A stretch of 64,000 bases of DNA from the NCBI RefSeq assembly GCF_018350175.1, contig NC_058373.1, positions 104,906,001-104,970,000 of the forward strand, read 5' to 3'. The notes beneath the pieces are model-generated. The model was not told the origin of the DNA, ran no database searches, and saw nothing but the letters and a program-made list of their open reading frames with translations. Position 1 is the first letter of the stretch, and the number at the start of each line of letters is the position of its first letter. This document shows positions 38,897-51,652 of this stretch, piece by piece. Source of the DNA: Felis catus (Eukaryota). The translations under genes were made by a program, and so were the position numbers.

Positions 38897-39154
38897 CCAG
38901 GCCCTGATTCTGCTGCTCCCACTCGATGGCGTCTGGCACCTGGTAGGTGGCTCCCTCCAAAGGGCCCAGGTTTCCTTGTTCTAAACCAGGTTCCTGAGAC
39001 GTGACGCCAGGGAGAGTAAACCCCAGCAGCTCAGCATCACCATCCAAGCTCTCATCCAGGGGCTCTGCATCTTTATCTTCTTCATCTTCCTCCTCATCTT
39101 CCTCTTCTTCATCTTCCTCCTCCTCATCCTCTTCATCCTCATCTTCTTCTCCCT
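38897..39154 (-). CDS. ARMH4: ARMH4 internal coding exon with Glu/Asp-rich tract (EGEEDEDEED...ATYQVPDAIEWEQQNQGL)
   Basis: Acceptor tttcttttttttctag|AG and donor CTG G|gtaaga; 258 nt, phase 1-1; the GATYQVPDAxEWEQQNQGL motif is as recalled for C14orf37/ARMH4. Confidence 0.93.
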
Positions 39155-39274
39155 CTAGAAAAAAAGAAACCAACAAGAAACATAAAGGAACACAGTAAGT
39201 GCCTACATATGAATCTTTTGAAATGACCCAAACACTACAAAATAATTGTGCTTGACCTTTTAAAACAAATTTTA

Positions 39275-39546
39275 GGAGCGCCTGGGTGGCTCAGTCAGTT
39301 AAGCGCCTGACTCTTGAATTCGGCTCAGGTCATGATCCCAGGGTTACGGGATCAAGCCCTGTGTTGAGCTCTGTACTGAGCATAGAATCTGCTTAAGATT
39401 CTCCTTCTCTCTCTTTCTTTCTTTCTTTCTCTCTCCCTCCCTCCCTCCCTCCCTCCCTCCCTCCCTCCTTCTCTCTTCCCTCCCCTCCTGACTGCATGTT
39501 CTCTTTCTAAAATAATAATAATAATGATGTTGATAATAATAATAAT
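39275..39546 (+). mobile_element. Can-SINE, about 120 bp from the exon acceptor
   Basis: TSD acaaatttta. Confidence 0.95.
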
Positions 39547-39778
39547 ACAAATTTTATAGCTAAAGTTGGGCGATGTGAGCACCGCAGGATTATGTGCTCA
39601 CCATATACCTATGTTTTAAACTTTCAAAATCACAGCTATGTCAGATAATTGTTATGCAGCATGTTTACTTAGAGTCAAAGTTCAGGTAATATAAATATTT
39701 ATTGGCCATATTTACATGTACAAAGGTAGGGAATATCCCTTCCCTGTTTTCTGGAGGTCATTAAAGATTTCCCCCTTA

Positions 39779-40304
39779 GGTTAATATCTAAAATATATAA
39801 AAAATTTATATAACTCAACACCAAAAAGACAAATAATCCAGTTAAAAAATGGGCAGAAAACCTGAATAGACATTTTCCCAAAGAAGACATACGGATGGTC
39901 AACAGACACATGAAAAGATGCTCAACATCACTCATCATCAGGGAAGTGCAAATAAAAAGACAATGAGATATCACCTTACACCTGTGAGAATGGCTAGAAT
40001 CAAAAAAACAATAAATAAAAATGTTGTTGAAGATGTGAAGAAAAAATAAGCCTGTGCACTGTTGGTGGGAATGCAAATTGGTGCAGCCACTGTGGAAAAA
40101 AGTAAGTAGATGCCTCAAAAAGTTAAAAATATAAAGACCATACGATCCAGTGATTCCACTACTGGATATTTACCCAAAGAAAACAAAGACAATAATTCAA
40201 AAAGATTTATGCACCCTTATGTTTATTGCGGCATTATTTACAATAGCCAAGATATGGAAACATCTATCCATGGATAGAAGAATGGATAAAGAAGATGTGG
40301 GGTG

Positions 40305-40353
<49 letters not shown>

Positions 40354-40840
40354 TGGAATATTTGTCATAAAAAAGAATGAGACCTTGCCATTTGTAATAA
40401 CATGGATGGACCTAAGGGGTATTATGCCAGCAGACACAATGAAATAAGTCAGCAGAGAAACACAAATACCATATGATTTCACTTATATGTAGAATCTAAA
40501 AACTAAAACAAATGAATAAACAAACAAACTCAAAGCAGAAACAGACCCATAAATACAGACAACAAACGGATAGCTGTCAGAAGGAAAAAGGATGGGAAGT
40601 GGGCAAAAGGGGTGAAAGGGAATGGAAGATAGAAGCTTCCAGTTATGGAATGAATAAGTCACAAGGATAAAAGGTGCAGCAGAAGAAACACAGTCGATGG
40701 TATGTAATAGTGTAGTATGGTGACAGGTGATAGCTGCACTTGTAGTGAACTCAGCACAACATATAAACTTGTCGCATCACTATGTTGTACACCTAAAACT
40801 AATGTAACATTGTGTGTCAACCAGACTCCAATTAAAGAGA
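39779..40840 (+). mobile_element. 5'-truncated carnivore L1 with an internal (CA)n
   Basis: L1 ORF2 C-terminal peptide (40150-40380); decayed TSD aaagatttcccccttag / aaagctttgcccattag. Confidence 0.93.
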
Positions 40841-41778
40841 AAAGCTTTGCCCATTAGAAAAGTATACTAAAATACTAACAGGATTTAAAGGGAATGTCCC
40901 AATCCTTTTATATCTTATAATACTAAACAAAAGAATTCATTACTTTGGCACAATTTTCCTTCTACTCTTCTTCCCCATCAGTGAGTAGAATTCACAACAT
41001 GTTAAGTGAGAGGTATATATACCACTCCTGGCTCCTGTTGGAGGAGTGACCCAAGGAGCTGGAAACAATTACATCAATTATTCTCATTCCAACTTTAAAG
41101 GAGATTAGGAAATAGGATATTGATCAAAGACAGTTAGAAAAGCACCACTTGAAAAAAAAAAATCATTGTGGTTACCATCATCATAAGAGTTGAATTCACA
41201 ATTTGTCACATTCAATGCTTCAAGAGGAGTAGGTTTAGGAAACATAAGATCCCCAATTTTACTTTGTTTCACCAATTTTAATTTCCTAAGAATACTCTGA
41301 GGCCCACCCTCACCATGGATGCACCCCTGAAGTCCCTGAAGCTTCACTGAAGGCCTTCCCCTTGATCTCTTCTCTTGGCTCTCGACATGGCAGTTATGCA
41401 ACAGGGAACTCTCCCGGGATGGTGGAGAAGGGAAGAGGGAAGATTAGAGCCACCCAGGAATTCTGAGCTCTCTTTTTCTACTTCTAGACAATTTTCTCCA
41501 TGCACATTCCTTTTCACCTATCATTTACAGGGGTTTTTTTTAACTTTTAAAAAATATTACACCTAATCTTTTTCATACTTATATATCCCTTATCTTTGTA
41601 GGACTTAATACCTCTCACTATTTCAAAAATTGAATAACTATTTATCAAGCACCTAGTTCCAGGCACTAGGAATAAAGCAATAATGTCTCTGCCTTCACGG
41701 AGCTGATACGCACTAAAGGGGATACATAGCAAACACATACATAATACAACATTACACTCTGATTAAAACTGCAGAGAA

Positions 41779-41905
41779 GGGGTGTCTGGGTGACTCAGTC
41801 AGTTGAGCATCTGACTCTTGATTTTGGCTCAGGTCATGATCTCATGATTTGTGAGTTCGAGCCCCACGTCGGGCTCTGCACTGACAGTGAGAAGCCTGTT
41901 TGGGA

Positions 41906-41958
<53 letters not shown>

Positions 41959-41990
41959 AAAAATATATAAACATTTTTTTAAAAAAATGA
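41779..41990 (+). mobile_element. Can-SINE
   Basis: Head, (CT)n and tail present. Confidence 0.95.
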
Positions 41991-42693
41991 AAAGAAGATG
42001 GAAAGTTCCAGTCCCTGCTTTTTCGGATGGGGAGATCAAGGAAAAGTTTGAAAAGAGATTATACCAAAATAATTAATACTCTTTAATTTAGGTCAATATC
42101 TACAGGAAGGGCATTCCCAGTAGCAGAGAACAGAAGGAACAGCAAAAACAAAAGCCTTGGGGCAGATGTGTGCCGTGTTCAAAGAATGACAAAGACTGGG
42201 CCCCAGGGATCAGGAAGGGACAGGAAATGAGGTGAGGGGGGTAGGCAGGGGCCAGATCTGATATATATTTATGAGCAATGACTGACTGCAGGGTGAAAAA
42301 CAGACTATATCAGAGCAAGAAACAAATCAGGAGGCTATTTCAAATTAGCAAAGAGACCCATTAGGAGGCTATTTCAAAACGCAGGGGATAAGATGACAGT
42401 GCTTTGGACAAGGGATGTTGGAAGAGATGGTCAGAGTTAGGATGTAATGTGAAGGCAGTCTGAAGGTAGAGAGAGTCCTGCTGATAATTACGGTGTGGGA
42501 TGTGGAAGGAAGGTCTCACTTTATTAAAGCTAGGAACTGAAGGGTAAAGAGCAAAATCAAGAATTTTATCTGAGACAGATTAATTATGTGATTGCTATGC
42601 CTATGACTTCCAAATGGAAACGCCGGAAGCCTTGGGAAGATCAAAGCTAGAGACAGAAATCTAGGAGTCGTCAATTTAGAAATGATATTGACA

Positions 42694-42933
42694 TGGGAAT
42701 ACAAGCTGGTGCAGCCACTCTGGAAAACAGTATGAAGGTCCCTCAAAAAACTAAAAATGGAACTACCCTATGACCCAGAAATTGCACTACTAGCCATTTA
42801 TCCGAGGGATACAGGTATGCTGTTTCGAAGGGGCACATTTCACCCCAATGTTTTTGGTAGCACTATCAACAATAGCCAAGGTATGGAAAGAGCTCAAATG
42901 TCCATCGATGGATGAATGGATAAAGAAGATGTG

Positions 42934-42979
<46 letters not shown>

Positions 42980-43397
42980 ACACACACACACACACACACA
43001 CACAATGAAGTATTACTCGGCTATCAAAAAGAATGAAATCTTGCCATTTGCAACTACGTGGATGGAACTGGAGGGTATTATGCTGAGTGAAATTAGTCAG
43101 TCAGAGAAAGACAAAAATCATATGATTTCACTCCTATGAGGACTTTAAGAGACAAAACATATGAACATAAGGGAAGGGAAACAAAAATAATATAAAAACA
43201 GGGAGGGGGACAAAACAGAAGAGACTCATAAATATGGAGAACAAACTGAGGGTTACTGGAGGGGTCGTGGGGAGGGGGATGGGCTAAGTGGGTAAGGGGC
43301 ATTAAAGAATCTACTCCTGAAATCATTGTTTCACTATATCCTAACTAATTAGGATGTAAATTAAAAAAAATTTTTTAATTAAATTAAAAAAAAAAAA
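42694..43397 (+). mobile_element. 5'-truncated young carnivore/felid L1 with (TA)n(CA)n
   Basis: Perfect TSD agaaatgatattgaca, poly-A tail, ORF2 C-terminal peptide. Confidence 0.96.
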
Positions 43398-43999
43398 AGA
43401 AATGATATTGACAGCCTTGAGACTGGTTGAGATCGCCAAGAGAATGAGTGTGGCAAAAGGGAAAAGGGAACGTGATCCAGACCAAGCCCTGAGTTAGAAG
43501 TTGGCCAACAGAGGGGGGATCCAGCAAAGAAGTGACCACCAAGGTAGGAGAAAAACCAAAACGAGTGCGGTATCAAGGGAACCAAAGGAATAAAACATTT
43601 CTGAGGGCCTGAGTAAGAATTTGAGAATTCTGTCACTGACATTACCTCTGGCTCTGACACTTTGGAGGTGATTAGTGACTTGACACAAGGTGTCTGCGTG
43701 GAATGACAGGGATAGAAGCCAGACAGGAGTGGTTGAAAAGAAAATTAGAAAAAAAGACAGTAGATGCAACAAATACTAAACAAAAAAAGAAAAGAAAAGA
43801 AAGCGCATGAAAATTTTTTGAAAAAGAGAGCAGGGACAGAAGGGGGTAGCCGGAGAGAGATGCAGGGTCCAAGGTAGCTTAAAATAGGAGACGCTAGAAT
43901 TTGCTTGTAACTTGCGGGGTAAGATCTGGCAGAGCGGGGGATATTGACGACTCAGGAGGGAGGGGAGAGGGCTGCTGGAAGAATGTCTGGAGACGAGGT

Positions 44000-44190
44000 G
44001 TGGCAGCGTGGTTGCATATGTGGACTTGAGCCACGCAAACGTACCATGACCGTGGGATTCGGGACAAGTTACTGTGCCTCAGCTCGGTCATCTGTAAAAC
44101 CAGCGTGAGTCCTACACCTCACAGGGCTGTGGTAAGGACCGCGTTAGTGAACACCTAAGGCACTCAGAACTAAGCCTCGCCCATGGTGGC
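44000..44190 (+). mobile_element. MIR, unusually GC-rich
   Basis: gacaagttactgtgcctcagctcggtcatctgtaaaa...acctcacagggctgtggtaagga. Confidence 0.75.
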
Positions 44191-44699
44191 CCCTATGTAA
44201 GGTTGCCTTCCGTGCCAACACTGGGAAGGGATGGGATCCAGCGCACGGGCCGGCTCCCACACACCCTCCACCGCAGTGGGCACAGGTGTAGGCAGAAGGA
44301 TAGATCTGCCGGCGGGAACATGTGAGAGTTGCCTTCGTCTTTCTTTGATTTTCTCAAATGAGAAACTAAGAAGGAAAAAAAAAAAGAAATGTTGGTGGTT
44401 TGAAAGTGTGAAATAGTCATCGTGGAAAACGGGCCAGTGAATTCCCTTGGAAAATGTGGCAGGACTGGCAGGCAGCCCTGTGGGCCCACGTGAGATGCGG
44501 CATCATAAATTCAAAGTGAGACATGTTAAGACGGTTGTGTTTTTCTCCAGCCACGTTCGGTTGCTTGGCTTCAGGCCTATGTGGAGGGGTAGAGTAGGCA
44601 GATTTAATGAGCAGCAGATTTGGGGAGGAGAGCTTAGTGGGGGAGGGGTGGGGAAAGGAGATGGATGGTTGGTTGTGTGTGAGGGGAGTGGCTAAAGAT

Positions 44700-45205
44700 G
44701 GACCAGGTACAAACTCCCAACAATAACACAAATAAGTTCTGGGCATCTGATATACAGTACGGTGACTATAATTAGCAATACTGCAGGGGAGCCTGGGTGG
44801 CTCAGTCAGTTAAACTTGATTTGGGCTCAGGTCATGATCTCACAGTTCATGAGATCGATGATGTTCATGAGATCTCACAGTTCATGAGAAGGATGATGAA
44901 TATATTGGGATTCTCTCTCTCCCTCTCTCTCTCTCTGCTCCTCCCCGACTCATGCTTGTGCTCGCTCACTCGCTCTCGCTCTCTCTCTCTGTCAAAATAA
45001 ATGAACATTTAAAAAAAATACCATATTATATAGTTGAAAATTATTATGAGAGTAGATCTTAAATATTATCACCACAAAAAATAGTTAATTATGTGAGGAG
45101 ATGGAAATGTTAACTAACCTTCTTGGGTAACCATTTTGCAACATGTTACGTGTATCAAATCATCATGTGGTACACCTTAAACTCACATACTTCCAGTAAA
45201 GCTGG
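44700..45205 (+). mobile_element. L1MA-like 3' end split by a SINE
   Basis: ataagttctgggcatctgatatacagtacggtgacta...gagagtagatcttaaat. Confidence 0.8.
44786..45019 (+). mobile_element. Can-SINE with an internal rearrangement
   Basis: Head and tail intact; middle replaced. Confidence 0.92.
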
Positions 45206-45290
45206 AGGGGGCGGGGGGGGGGGGGGAATATGGACCAGGGACTCTAATTAAAGAGAAGCCGAGGAAGAAATTGGATAGAGAAAAAGTATG

Positions 45291-45520
45291 GAGAGGCGCC
45301 TGGGTGACTCGGTCAGTTAAGCATCTGGCTTCAGCTCAGGTCATGATCTCACAGTTTGTGAGTTCAAGCCCCGCATGGGCTCTGTGCTAACAGCTCAGAG
45401 CCTGGAGCCTGCTTTGGATTCTGTGTCTCCCTCTCTCTCTGCCCCTCCCCTGCTCATGCTCTGTCTCTGTGTCTCTCTCTCTCTCAAAAATAAATAAACA
45501 TTAAAAAAAATTTTAAAGCA
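45291..45520 (+). mobile_element. Can-SINE
   Basis: TSD agaaaaag(t/c)atgg. Confidence 0.95.
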
Positions 45521-46169
45521 AAGAAAAAGCATGGGTTCCTTGGAATTTGGAGAAAATTATCAGGGATCATCAAAACTATTTGGTGGCTTCACTGACCTTC
45601 CTCCTGTACACAGAAATTGATCATAGGCCAAAAAGAACATTTCTTTATTTTTAAAGCACTATAAAATCATTTTTAGCTACCTTTCCTTTCCACAAACCTA
45701 AAAGTGCTGTACTTGATGGAATGATTTTGACAACATGAAACTAATCCCCTAGGAACACAAAGACAAAACCAGAGCAACGAGTCCTGAGTTTTCAGCTCCC
45801 AACATTGAACTGTTGACCACTGACCACTATCACCTACCAAGGACAACTTCTACTTGGCCCTCAATGGGCTCAGTTAATCCCTGCTCCTTAAAGCATAGAG
45901 CTATATGATCCAGCAATCCCAAATCCGGGTATATATCCTAAGGAAACAAAATCATTATCCTAAAGAGATATCTGTACTCCTGTGTTCATAGCAGCATAAT
46001 TCACAATAGCCAAGGCATGGAAACAACCTATGTGTCCATTAACAGACAAATGGATAAAGAAGATGTGATATACATATAACAGAAAATTATTCAGCCTTTA
46101 AAAAGAAGGAAATCCTGTCATTTGCATGTGGATGAAACTGAAGGGCATTATGCTGAGTGAAATAAGTCA

Positions 46170-46388
46170 GGGGGGCATCTGTGTGGCTCAGTCAGTTAAA
46201 CATCTGACTTTGCTCGTGTCATGATCTCACGGTTCATGAGTTCGAGCCCCACATCAGGCTCTGTGCTGACAACTCAGAGCCTGGAGCTTGCTTCTGATTC
46301 TGTGTCTCCCTGTATCTCTGCCCCTCCCTCCCTCCCTCTCTCTCTCTCCCCCTCAAAAATAAATAAACATCAAAAATGTTTTTAAAAA
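46170..46388 (+). mobile_element. Can-SINE
   Basis: TSD aaataagtcag. Confidence 0.95.
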
Positions 46389-46397
46389 AAATAAGTC

Positions 46398-46643
46398 AGG
46401 GGCGCCTGGGTGGCGCAGTCGGTTAAGCGTCCGACTTCAGCCAGGTCACGATCTCGCGGTCTGTGAGTTTGAGCCCCGCGTCAGGCTCTGGGCTGATGAC
46501 TCAGAGCCTGGAGCCTGTTTCCGATTCTGTGTCTCCCTCTCTCTCTGCCCCTCCCCCGTTCATGCTCTGTCTCTCTCTGTCCCAAAAAATAAAATAAAAA
46601 AACGTTGAAAAAAAAATTTTTTTTTTAAAAATTAAAAAAAAAA
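46398..46643 (+). mobile_element. Young felid SINE
   Basis: TSD aaaaaaaataagtcag. Confidence 0.97.
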
Positions 46644-47699
46644 AATAAGTCAGACAGAGAAAGACAAATACTACATGGTATCACTTATAGGTGGAATCTA
46701 AAAATTTTTTTTTAAAGTGTAACTCACAAAAACAGAAAGTAGAAAAGTAGTTGCCAGGGGCTAGAGTGTAAAGAAAATAGGGTGAGATTGGTAAAAAGGT
46801 ACAAACTTCCAGCTATAAGATGAATACGGTCCAAAGGCCTAATGTATAATGTGCTGACAATAGTTGATAACACTGTATTATATCACTGAAATGTGCTAAG
46901 AGAGTAAAACTTAAATGTCCTCACACAAAAAGAGTAAATACGTGAAGTGACGGAAGTGTTAATCAATCCAATGGTGGGAATCCCTTTACAATGTTATGTG
47001 TACCATCACCATATTATACGCTCTAAATATCTTGCTTAGAGCTTTATCTGTCAACTATACCTCAACAAAGTCAGACAAAATAAAGCGCAGAGCCATAAAC
47101 ATAATGAAAAGGACCTCAAAAGTCATCTTACTCCATGCTTTCACATCCTAAAAAGAGAGATGCACGTAAGCAAGTCTAGGCCAACGAGAAGGTCACTACC
47201 TTCAGAATGTGATTTCAGTGACATTGCTTAGGTCAACGTGTCTCATAATGTCTCCTCCACTCACATACCCTGGTAGAGCCTTCCTTCCCCTTCTTCCTGT
47301 CCCAAAATGCCCGACATGAGTTGTATACTCTACGTCAGAGTATTCTCTTGGAGGAATACTCTCTCCAGAAACACTATTGAGTAGCATACAATTTCTACTG
47401 GAAAAAAAAGAGGGCCCCTGACTGCGGTGGGGGATAAGGGAGGAAAGCCTTCACCTTGTACCACCCATCCCCCCCTTCAAAACACAAAGGAACTTATAAG
47501 GTTTACTATTTGTCACTTTTCATACTTGAGGACTTATGTAGCAAGCCCGACAAGACAGCTCTAGAAAAAGGAAGTTTCAGGAAGCATGCAGAGAAGACAG
47601 GAGGAAGACAAGAGTGAGAGTTCTCTTTTAGTCTAACCTTATTTCCTAGTTATCTTTGTCCACCAGACAATGTTCTTATTTTGTAGGAGTCTACAATCA

Positions 47700-47910
47700 T
47701 TTTTTTTTTAACGTTTATTTATTTTTGAGACAGAGAGAGACAGAGCATGAACGGGGGAGGGCCAGAGAGAGGGAGACACAGAATCTGAAACAGGCTCCAG
47801 GCTCTGAGCTGTCAGCACAGAGCCCGACGCAGGGCTCAAACCCACGGACCGCGAGATCGTGACCTGAGCCGAAGTCAGCCGCTTAACCGACTGAGCCACC
47901 CAGGCGCCCC
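47700..47910 (-). mobile_element. Can-SINE (fairly young)
   Basis: TSD ctacaatcattttt. Confidence 0.96.
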
Positions 47911-49020
47911 TACAATCATTTTTGTAGCTGCTAAACACCTTTAGTAGTATGTCACCGGTAACCTGCTACAATTTCCCATGGAACAGTGACTACTCCTACA
48001 AATCGGTAACAAAGAAAGGCATGATCACCTTTCCTAATATTACCAAAGTAATGTATCTTATTGCAGTTTGATGCAGAAAGGTAGAAAACCACTGGATAAA
48101 GGAAGGATAGTCTTGTCCTCTGTTGTGGCACCAATGAGGAGCACAGTGCTTGGCAATCAGCAATGCTCACGAAGTATTTGTTGAATGGATAGACAGATGA
48201 ATGAATGCATAAACAATGAGTTAGATCCAGGTTTTTAACAACTGCCTAGATCTAAAGATACACAGAGTAACAATTAATAAACAGGAACACATTCCTCTGA
48301 ATAATCTTGCAGCAAGCACAAAGGCAACATATAAGAACATATAAGAACAGGTGCAAAGCAAACCACAGTTCACGCATTCATTTTCCATTCATAAAAACTA
48401 AAGAGACAGTCATCTATATTTCAGCCAGGCCTTCAACTAGTTACACCCAAGAGCAACAAGGATGTCCGTGAACACCTCTGAACGCAAAGGGCAATGACGT
48501 GAAATAAACGTTCAGCAAATAAAACTGTGCCAAAAACAATAACAGGATCCCTGATCCAAAGAAAGAAATCTAAAGGAAGAACTCATTCAACTAACACTAC
48601 CAAGCTGTATTCAAAAGTTATAGGGTAATACTTTCTGAATTTTGTAATTTTGTTACACCTAAAATTTTATTTTCATTTACCTGAATCCTAAATAAGTATG
48701 TAGGTCAATGTAAAACATGCGCGCACAAGTATTCCTATTAAAACAACAGAAAAAGAAAAACATGAACCTCTAAAAAGAAGCAACTGTTCTCGGTTTACCG
48801 TATGTTAACAGATACCCAGTAACAATGATCAAAGACTTAAAGTTCTGTTTGCCCTGAGAATCCCTGAGAAAACACTGCAGTCCAGGTAGGGAAGGTTCAC
48901 AGAGTTCAGCCTGAGAATTTCTTCTCGTTGTGTGACCTGGAACGGAAAATGCATCCTGGCAACTGGCACTTCCTTAATCCCAGGCTGACTTGACACTGAT
49001 TACTTCGTAATACCAAACAA

Positions 49021-49151
49021 TCGCAGTGACGCGAACCGCCGCCAAGGGGGCAGTAATGACAGTTTCTGAGTAACCACCTCTAGTGACAGACAATATCCTC
49101 CCACCACTTCTCACCGTTCCCACTCCCAAGCACGTGACACACATTACGTAA
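49021..49151. promoter_or_regulatory. Candidate intronic regulatory element (CTCF-like motif, E-box, PAR-bZIP/D-box)
   Basis: Local CpG cluster; cgccaagggggcagta, cacgtgac, ttacgtaa. Motif evidence only. Confidence 0.4.
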
Positions 49152-51652
49152 ATCCTCATTCACTCTCGCTGAACCAGCATCGGTTCAGGGTCTCCCACTG
49201 AATTCAAGATGCACCGTCAGGCACTGACTGAGGTGCCCTGCCATGAAGCTAATTGATTTTTCCATAGTATTCTTACTAAGATCAAGTCACTTGCTGATTA
49301 TGTCCACTGTCAAAAACTGTGACACCTAACCACCGTGAAACACTGACTCAGGTGTCAGCCAAAAAGAACAAACATAGGTGTTTGGAGAGTAGACAGCTCA
49401 GTGTGCAACAGGGATGCGACCTGGTTCAATTTCTCATTGTTGGGCTTGAGGCGAGCTGAAGCTGTAAAATGAAAGCTGTAAAACATTAAACGGAGATGTC
49501 AGGTAAGTGCCACATGGCTAAGAGATGCCTGGTGATATTAAGTAGTGTGTCCACAACTTCAACAGAGAAATGTCCTATTGCAAGTAGCAGAGAGAAAAAA
49601 TAAAAATCTGTCTAGACAGTATCCTCTCTAAGCCAAGTTCATCTGTCTGGCCACTCTCTGACAGACTCTCTTAACAGCTATTTTATAACCCATAACAATA
49701 CTTTGAACTTACATGGGGGTTTTCTTCCGAGGGACTCAAAATGCTTGCCAGGCATTATCCCCTAAGCTTACACTGTTGGCTCAACAGAAAGCAAGACTGA
49801 TAAGCTTTGTTTTCCTTACAGCCTACAGAGCTAGTGTTGTAACTGCCTTGCATGCTTAAATATCGGAGCAGAGCCTCAAACGGCTTTATTAAACCCAGAA
49901 TTTTTGTCTAAGTCAGGCCTGTCTGATTTGTTGCAAACACTTCTGCCTAAGGTTATCACAACCAAGAGTTTTAATTTTGTTCAGGACCAGAACCATGGGT
50001 TAACTCTCCATGAAATCAAATAGGACATATGAGAGAAAAGTCACCCCATGGTCGCAGCCTGAGTGATCTCACTCTGCTACAAAGTCTGGTCCCCAGTAAT
50101 TTAATAGGCAGCTGCCACCAAAGGTCCTCAGTGTCTCTCATTCCATCTTTGTCACAGTTTAGACATTTTTGGATTTCCAGAAGCTAGAGATGTAGCTAGC
50201 ATCCCCAGAGTATTACTAATGAGTCAAAGAGAACCTTGGTTGTGAATACATCACCCCAATAATGGAGGTAGGAAGAACCCCAGCAGTAATACTCTACCCA
50301 ACCTAAACTGTCTCTCTTTGATTTACAGGAAGAAGAGGATCTCGCCTGCACCTTCTGCCTCTTTGGAATAGCAGTCATCAGTCTGAATCATCGTCTTGTA
50401 AGCGTCACACTTCTCTTTTTAACGGCCCTCTAATTTCCTTCGCAAAGTTTAACATTAATCCTAAGGTAAACAAATTAGAGCCCAGGAAGAAAAGAAAGAA
50501 TGGGGGTGGGGGGGAACGGGGTGGCTTGGTTGGGCAGATGCTGAGTACCTATTAGTCTTTCTCCTGCTTCCCCCTTAAAAGGAGTGATTCAGACACATCC
50601 CAGTGAGATATTTCTAAAAGAAGAAACATTTGTTGGCGTGTGTTTTCCTGGCAACCCCTATGCAAATATAATCAAAAGCCACTGTAACACAATGGTTTCC
50701 ACAGTAAAAGAGAGACTGACGCACTTTGGATGACCCTGCTTTTAGTTTCCAGATGTTTTAACTGGGGCATTAAGTTGGGTAGAAAACTTAAAAGCCAGAA
50801 AAGGAAAAGTTAAACTTGTTTTGAGGATATGAAACAAATCTCCAGCAGATGGCTCTCTGGTATCGTAAGGGGTTGAGGAACCCCAGCAGCTTCTGAAATA
50901 ATATCCACCAAATTCAGCAGCTCCCAATGTTAAGATGACTCAAAATTTATAGGATTCCATTACATTTCTAAAATCTTAAATATTCCTGCCAACTAACTGC
51001 TTTTATATTTTATCATGTAATGCTGGATATATAGAATATACACACAATATTTATATTATTAAGCTTACTAACGACATGAACCCCAGAGAACTTAAGAACT
51101 TCCAGCTCTGGCTTCCCAGAGTGGATTTAAAGAATCATTTAAGTTTACTGAATCCCCTCTTACCTGCCTGAGTGCAGATGCTGGTATGCATTCCAGTGAA
51201 AGGAAATGAAAAATGTTCGACCCCACAACGGGATGCCAGAAATCTAAACAAATTCCCACTGAATGTCTAGCAGAATATAACTGGCAACCACTTCTTCATT
51301 CACATAAAAAGTGTTCAACTTCAGACCCAGAATAAGCCCTGGATTTCAAACGATAACAACAACAAGCAGGACATGTAGCAAGCACGTCAATTAAACAAGA
51401 TAATGGTCCTTAAACCATACACTCCATCACTAATCATTTACCCAATGCCTGGTACCTACAGGCCAATGTGGACAGAAGGATCAGACCCTGTCCACCCGCC
51501 CTTAAGGAGGTCTGAAGAACTCATCTAAGAGCACAAACTGATGATCAATGAGGAAGAGAGACTCTTTTTTGGGTATGCATACTAATAAAAATGAAACAGG
51601 ATAGGTAAACATGTGAATTGATTGCTAATGCTTTAAAAATCAGAATATTTCA

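Larger units (their letters stand above)
41625..44620 (-). mobile_element. Long fragmented L2, host to a SINE, an L1 and a MIR
   Basis: aataactatttatcaagcacc...aggcact; ctaggagtcgtcaatttagaaatg; ggaggtgattagtgacttgacacaag. Confidence 0.7.
45893..47075 (+). mobile_element. L1 (L1MA-like) 3' portion split by two SINEs
   Basis: atatgatccagcaatccc; ggcattatgctgagtgaaataagtcag|acagagaaagacaaatact. Confidence 0.9.

Noticed and set aside
39001..39198. Poly-Ser ORF on + (and the ORF at 61935-62213 on +)
   Set aside because: Antisense shadows of the real ARMH4 exons
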